The notes beneath the pieces are model-generated. The model was not told where the DNA came from and did no database searches. It worked only from the letters and a program-made list of their open reading frames with translations. A DNA stretch of 64,000 nucleotides from an uncultured cyanobacterium. Its GTDB lineage: Bacteria; Cyanobacteriota; Cyanobacteriia; PCC-9006; JAAUQQ01. The position numbers were made by a program, and so were the translations under genes. Numbering within the stretch: position 1 is the first letter of the stretch; each line of letters starts with the position of its first letter. This document shows positions 60,970-64,000 of this stretch, piece by piece. The stretch spans positions 416,001 through 480,000 of the forward strand of contig OY970368.1 of assembly GCA_963718615.1 (NCBI GenBank). The letters are read 5' to 3'.

Positions 60970-61374
60970 TTATAAATTGGTCGAAATTGCCTGCACAGGA
61001 CAGGTGGGAATGCACTGTTCACAGACAATACAGCGCGATCGCGCAAAATTTAACCGCAAGGTTTCCGCATCCAAACTCAACGCCTCCGTCGGACACACCC
61101 CCGTACAAAGACCGCAGTGAACACAAACCTCCTCATCCACCATTATCTCCTGACTGGCCAGGGACACTTGGATCTCTCGCGATCGCATCCAGCCTAGCGC
61201 CGCATCCAATTCGTCAATATCCCCCGAAAGTTCCAGCACCAGCTTCCCCACGCGATTGGGAGCCACCTGAGCCCGGATAATATTAGCCGCCACATTGAAG
61301 TCCTTCGCCAACAAATAGGTAATCGGCATCTGAACCATACGACGGGGGAACGTCAGCATCACGCGCTTTTTCAT
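60970..61374 (-). CDS. NIL domain + 2[4Fe-4S] ferredoxin
   Basis: NIIRAQV..GKLVLELSG; CVHCGLCTGVCP, CIVCEQCIPTCP. Confidence 0.92.
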   Translation of the reverse strand: MKKRVMLTFPRRMVQMPITYLLAKDFNVAANIIRAQVAPNRVGKLVLELSGDIDELDAALGWMRSREIQVSLASQEIMVDEEVCVHCGLCTGVCPTEALSLDAETLRLNFARSRCIVCEQCIPTCPVQAISTNL

Positions 61375-61500
61375 AGAGTCCTTTCTGGGGGTCCTTTCTG
61401 GGAGGTCGTTTAGAGAGGAAAGGCTACGTTACAAGAACTTCGTTACAAGGGCTTCGCTAAACTGAGAAAAACCTAAGCGCAACATCAAAACAATAGACCC

Positions 61501-62139
61501 ATGCCTGTGGATTCTGCCTCCTCTGATTCTGTCTCCCCTGCGTCTTCCACCGCCACGCCACCCTCCGCCACGGCTGCCGCCGGCAGCAAACTGCGCAATC
61601 TGCTGATTGCCGTCAGCGCCATGGTCCTCAGCGTTCTGATTTTCATCGGGTTGCGGGTGCAAACGGCGGTGCCGACCCTCGCGACCCTCGTAGCCCAGGC
61701 CGTCCCCCTGGAAACCGCTGTCACCAATGGTAAACCAACGCTCATTGAGTTTTACGCCGATTGGTGCACGAGCTGTCAGGCCATGGCTCCTACGGTGGCC
61801 AGCGTTGAGCAAACCTATGGCGATCGCGTCAATTTCGTCATGCTCAACGTCGACAACGACAAATGGCTACCAGAAATCCTGGCCTACCGCGTAGACGGCA
61901 TTCCCCATTTTGAGTTTCTCGATCGCCAAGCCCAGAGCATCGGAGCAACCCTGGGCGAGCAGCCCTTGCCGGTGTTAGCCGCCGATTTGGATGCCTTGCT
62001 TCAGGCTCAGGCCTTGCCCCAATCCCAGGCAGTGGGGGCCGTGTCGACGATCCAGGGCGATCGCCTCAGCACCCCATCGAGTGGAACCCCAGGCCAAACT
62101 GATCCCCGCAGTCACGGAGCCCAAGTAAAAGCCCGATGA
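61501..62139 (+). CDS. txlA: Membrane thioredoxin, TxlA/HCF164-like
   Basis: TM helix, EFYADWCTSC, MLNVDNDKWLPE, VDGIPHF. Confidence 0.85.
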   Translation: MPVDSASSDSVSPASSTATPPSATAAAGSKLRNLLIAVSAMVLSVLIFIGLRVQTAVPTLATLVAQAVPLETAVTNGKPTLIEFYADWCTSCQAMAPTVASVEQTYGDRVNFVMLNVDNDKWLPEILAYRVDGIPHFEFLDRQAQSIGATLGEQPLPVLAADLDALLQAQALPQSQAVGAVSTIQGDRLSTPSSGTPGQTDPRSHGAQVKAR

Positions 62140-62155
62140 AAACCAGTCCCAATCC

Positions 62156-62605
62156 CTATCCCCGGTTTTTAATCTGCATCACCGCAATAATTTGCTCAAC
62201 CATCTCCGTGGGGATTGCCAAGGCCACTTGAAGTTCGTTGAGAAACTGCTGTTCTTCCTCCGCAAAGACTCCATCCGCCAGCACCAAATCTGCGGCCACG
62301 GCAAACGCTGTTTCTCGCAGTTCCTCGGAAAGCGCCTCCTGGGCCGAGTTAAACAACGCCGCGACGCCCTCTTTCTGGAGCTTCGTCAAGAGGCGATCAA
62401 AGAGCCGCCGCATTTTGTCGTCAGAATAGTGCTCATAGAGCTTCATCCGGGACAGGATCAGGGGAATGCTTTGGGCTTCCTCTTCGGAGAGATAGCCATC
62501 GGAGGCCACTGCTGCCAAGGCGATCGCCGCAAACGTATCCGCTGCGCTTAGCGGCTCCTGGGTATTCGTCCCTTGGGAGCCTCGCATTTTGTCTAATAAA
62601 CCCAT
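62156..62605 (-). CDS. TerB-family protein
   Basis: AVASDG.LSEEE, RETAFAVAADLVLADG, IKNRG. Confidence 0.88.
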   Translation of the reverse strand: MGLLDKMRGSQGTNTQEPLSAADTFAAIALAAVASDGYLSEEEAQSIPLILSRMKLYEHYSDDKMRRLFDRLLTKLQKEGVAALFNSAQEALSEELRETAFAVAADLVLADGVFAEEEQQFLNELQVALAIPTEMVEQIIAVMQIKNRG

Positions 62606-62792
62606 GCTCTCTTGCCTCGATAACGTTCGACGTTTGCAACCGATTTGCACCCTCATGGTTGCTCAGCGCATCACGCCTGTAATAAGCCTGACTTTTCCCT
62701 TTGATAATGGCAAGGAATGTCCCGTCCTGGCGAGGCTCAACCGAACGTATAGAGACTGATTTATAATTTTCTTAAGGATCACATGAGGCAAA

Positions 62793-63173
62793 ATGGCCAT
62801 GAGCGCTGGAAGATCAACCCGCCGGAAGCAAACCCCTGACGAAATGCCCAAAACCCAACCGGATACCGATAGCGCTGCAAATCCGGCAGCAGACCAGCCC
62901 ACGGCAGAGACCCATCAGCCTCGGATCACCTCGCGCACAGCCCGATCGGCCTTGGCCTTGCACCAGCATCCATCCCACAGCATGGACAATCGCCCGGTTG
63001 ACCCCAGCCCCATCCAAATCAGCCATACAGTGCGCATGGCGGGTCAGCGTCCCATTGGCGTTTCCAATCACAAAAACGGGGTCAATTTTTCCCAGTCCCC
63101 GTCGATCATGAATCGTCCCATCGCCCCGAATTCCACACCCGAAGACGATTCGCTGATTGAATATCTCGACTAA
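62793..63173 (+). CDS. Hypothetical protein
   Basis: GAGG upstream; repeated NRPV/QRPI/NRPI motifs; ends EYLD. Confidence 0.65.
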   Translation: MAMSAGRSTRRKQTPDEMPKTQPDTDSAANPAADQPTAETHQPRITSRTARSALALHQHPSHSMDNRPVDPSPIQISHTVRMAGQRPIGVSNHKNGVNFSQSPSIMNRPIAPNSTPEDDSLIEYLD

Positions 63174-63237
63174 GAATCTTTCGACGAATATTTCGACTAC
63201 GCGTATCTCAACTAAACCTTTGGATTAACGGAGCCCT

Positions 63238-63915
63238 GTGGCTGCATCGGATTCTACTCAGGTTTTGAAACAATTGCCCATTGCCGTCGGCATCCTCGGC
63301 GGTAGTCTGTTGCTTCTCAACCGTTTGCTGACCCCTACCCTGCTCAGCTCCCAGTCGCGCTCGGATGCCCTCGGGATCATCCTCAGCGCGCTTTTAGTAT
63401 TGACGGGTTTGCTCTGGCAGCAGGTGCAGCCCCAGCCCCCGGAAGCCGTAGACCTAGCGGGCTCCCAAGGATTTGATCTGGCAGAGGATTTGCCAGCGGA
63501 GGTGCGGGCGGAGTTGGCCTGGGCTTCGAAGCTGCTGCTCACCAATACGGTGACGGGATCCGTGGTGATTTGGTATGGCGATCGCCCCCTGCTCCGTCGC
63601 GGTATCCTGGGTCCTCAGCCCCTCAATCGGCTCGGCACCATCACCCAGCGAGTCTTGACGACGCAGAAGCCCATTTATCTAGTCGATTTAAAGCTCTATC
63701 CGGGTCGCATTGAATTTGATTATTTACCTCACAATACCCAAGGGGTGATTTGCCAGCCCTTAGGAGAAGCTGGGGTGATGATCCTGGGCGCAAACGCGCC
63801 GCGCAGCTATACTCAGCAGGATGAAAACTGGATTGAGGCGATCGCCGAAAAGCTCTCGGTCACCCTCAGCCAGGTTGATTCAGCCGTTCCATCAGGCAGT
63901 GAGGCAAGCCCATGA
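63238..63915 (+). CDS. Cofactor assembly of complex C subunit B (CCB2/CCB4 family)
   Basis: SQSRSDAL, ELAWAS, YPGRIEFDYLP.NTQGVICQP. Confidence 0.85.
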   Translation: MAASDSTQVLKQLPIAVGILGGSLLLLNRLLTPTLLSSQSRSDALGIILSALLVLTGLLWQQVQPQPPEAVDLAGSQGFDLAEDLPAEVRAELAWASKLLLTNTVTGSVVIWYGDRPLLRRGILGPQPLNRLGTITQRVLTTQKPIYLVDLKLYPGRIEFDYLPHNTQGVICQPLGEAGVMILGANAPRSYTQQDENWIEAIAEKLSVTLSQVDSAVPSGSEASP

Positions 63916-64000
63916 ACTCCAATAATCTACGGGGAATGCAACTCCGAGGTCTCGTCGTTTGGCTCGTGGCGTTGCTATTGCTGGTTGGCATAGGATCGAT
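63912..64000 (+). CDS. 5' part of a membrane or secreted protein (runs off window)
   Basis: ATGA overlap with previous gene; MNSNNLRGMQLRGLVVWLVALLLLVGIGS. Confidence 0.5.
   Translation, partial: MNSNNLRGMQLRGLVVWLVALLLLVGIGS

Noticed and set aside
15800-64000. Abundant GCGATCGC palindromes
   Set aside because: Standard cyanobacterial HIP1; useful only as a marker of native sequence.

Overview
Cyanobacterial chromosome window (dense HIP1 GCGATCGC octamers, sasA, PatA regulators, ccb-like gene). It has three zones. (1) About 1-14.9 kb is an accessory island, mostly on the minus strand. It holds two diverged copies of a 301-bp non-coding element with phased GATAA/TTATC motifs whose homology stops exactly at a GTT (attI-like), one well-formed attC hairpin, cassette-like genes (otsB, hypothetical, HEAT-repeat, Uma2, amine oxidase) and nested IS debris (IS5/ISL2, IS5/IS1031, ISL3). 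No integrase is present in the window. (2) About 15-53 kb is mostly core genes: nurA-like, adenylate cyclase, tig-clpP-clpX, asd-dapA-rnj, sasA, tRNA-Glu and a complete PatA-CheY-CheW-MCP-CheA-CheW taxis cluster. (3) 53.1-60.4 kb is a candidate immune locus. A CHAT-protease/TIR/STAND-NTPase gene is paired with a STAND-NTPase/TM/WD40 gene whose 14 nearly identical 123-bp repeats vary almost only at four codons, in shuffled combinations. Downstream are a ParE toxin-antitoxin pair, an orphan paralogous C-terminal tail of the WD40 gene, an orphan xisI end, and xisH-xisI. All calls come from reading the sequence and the supplied translations; no database searches were run.
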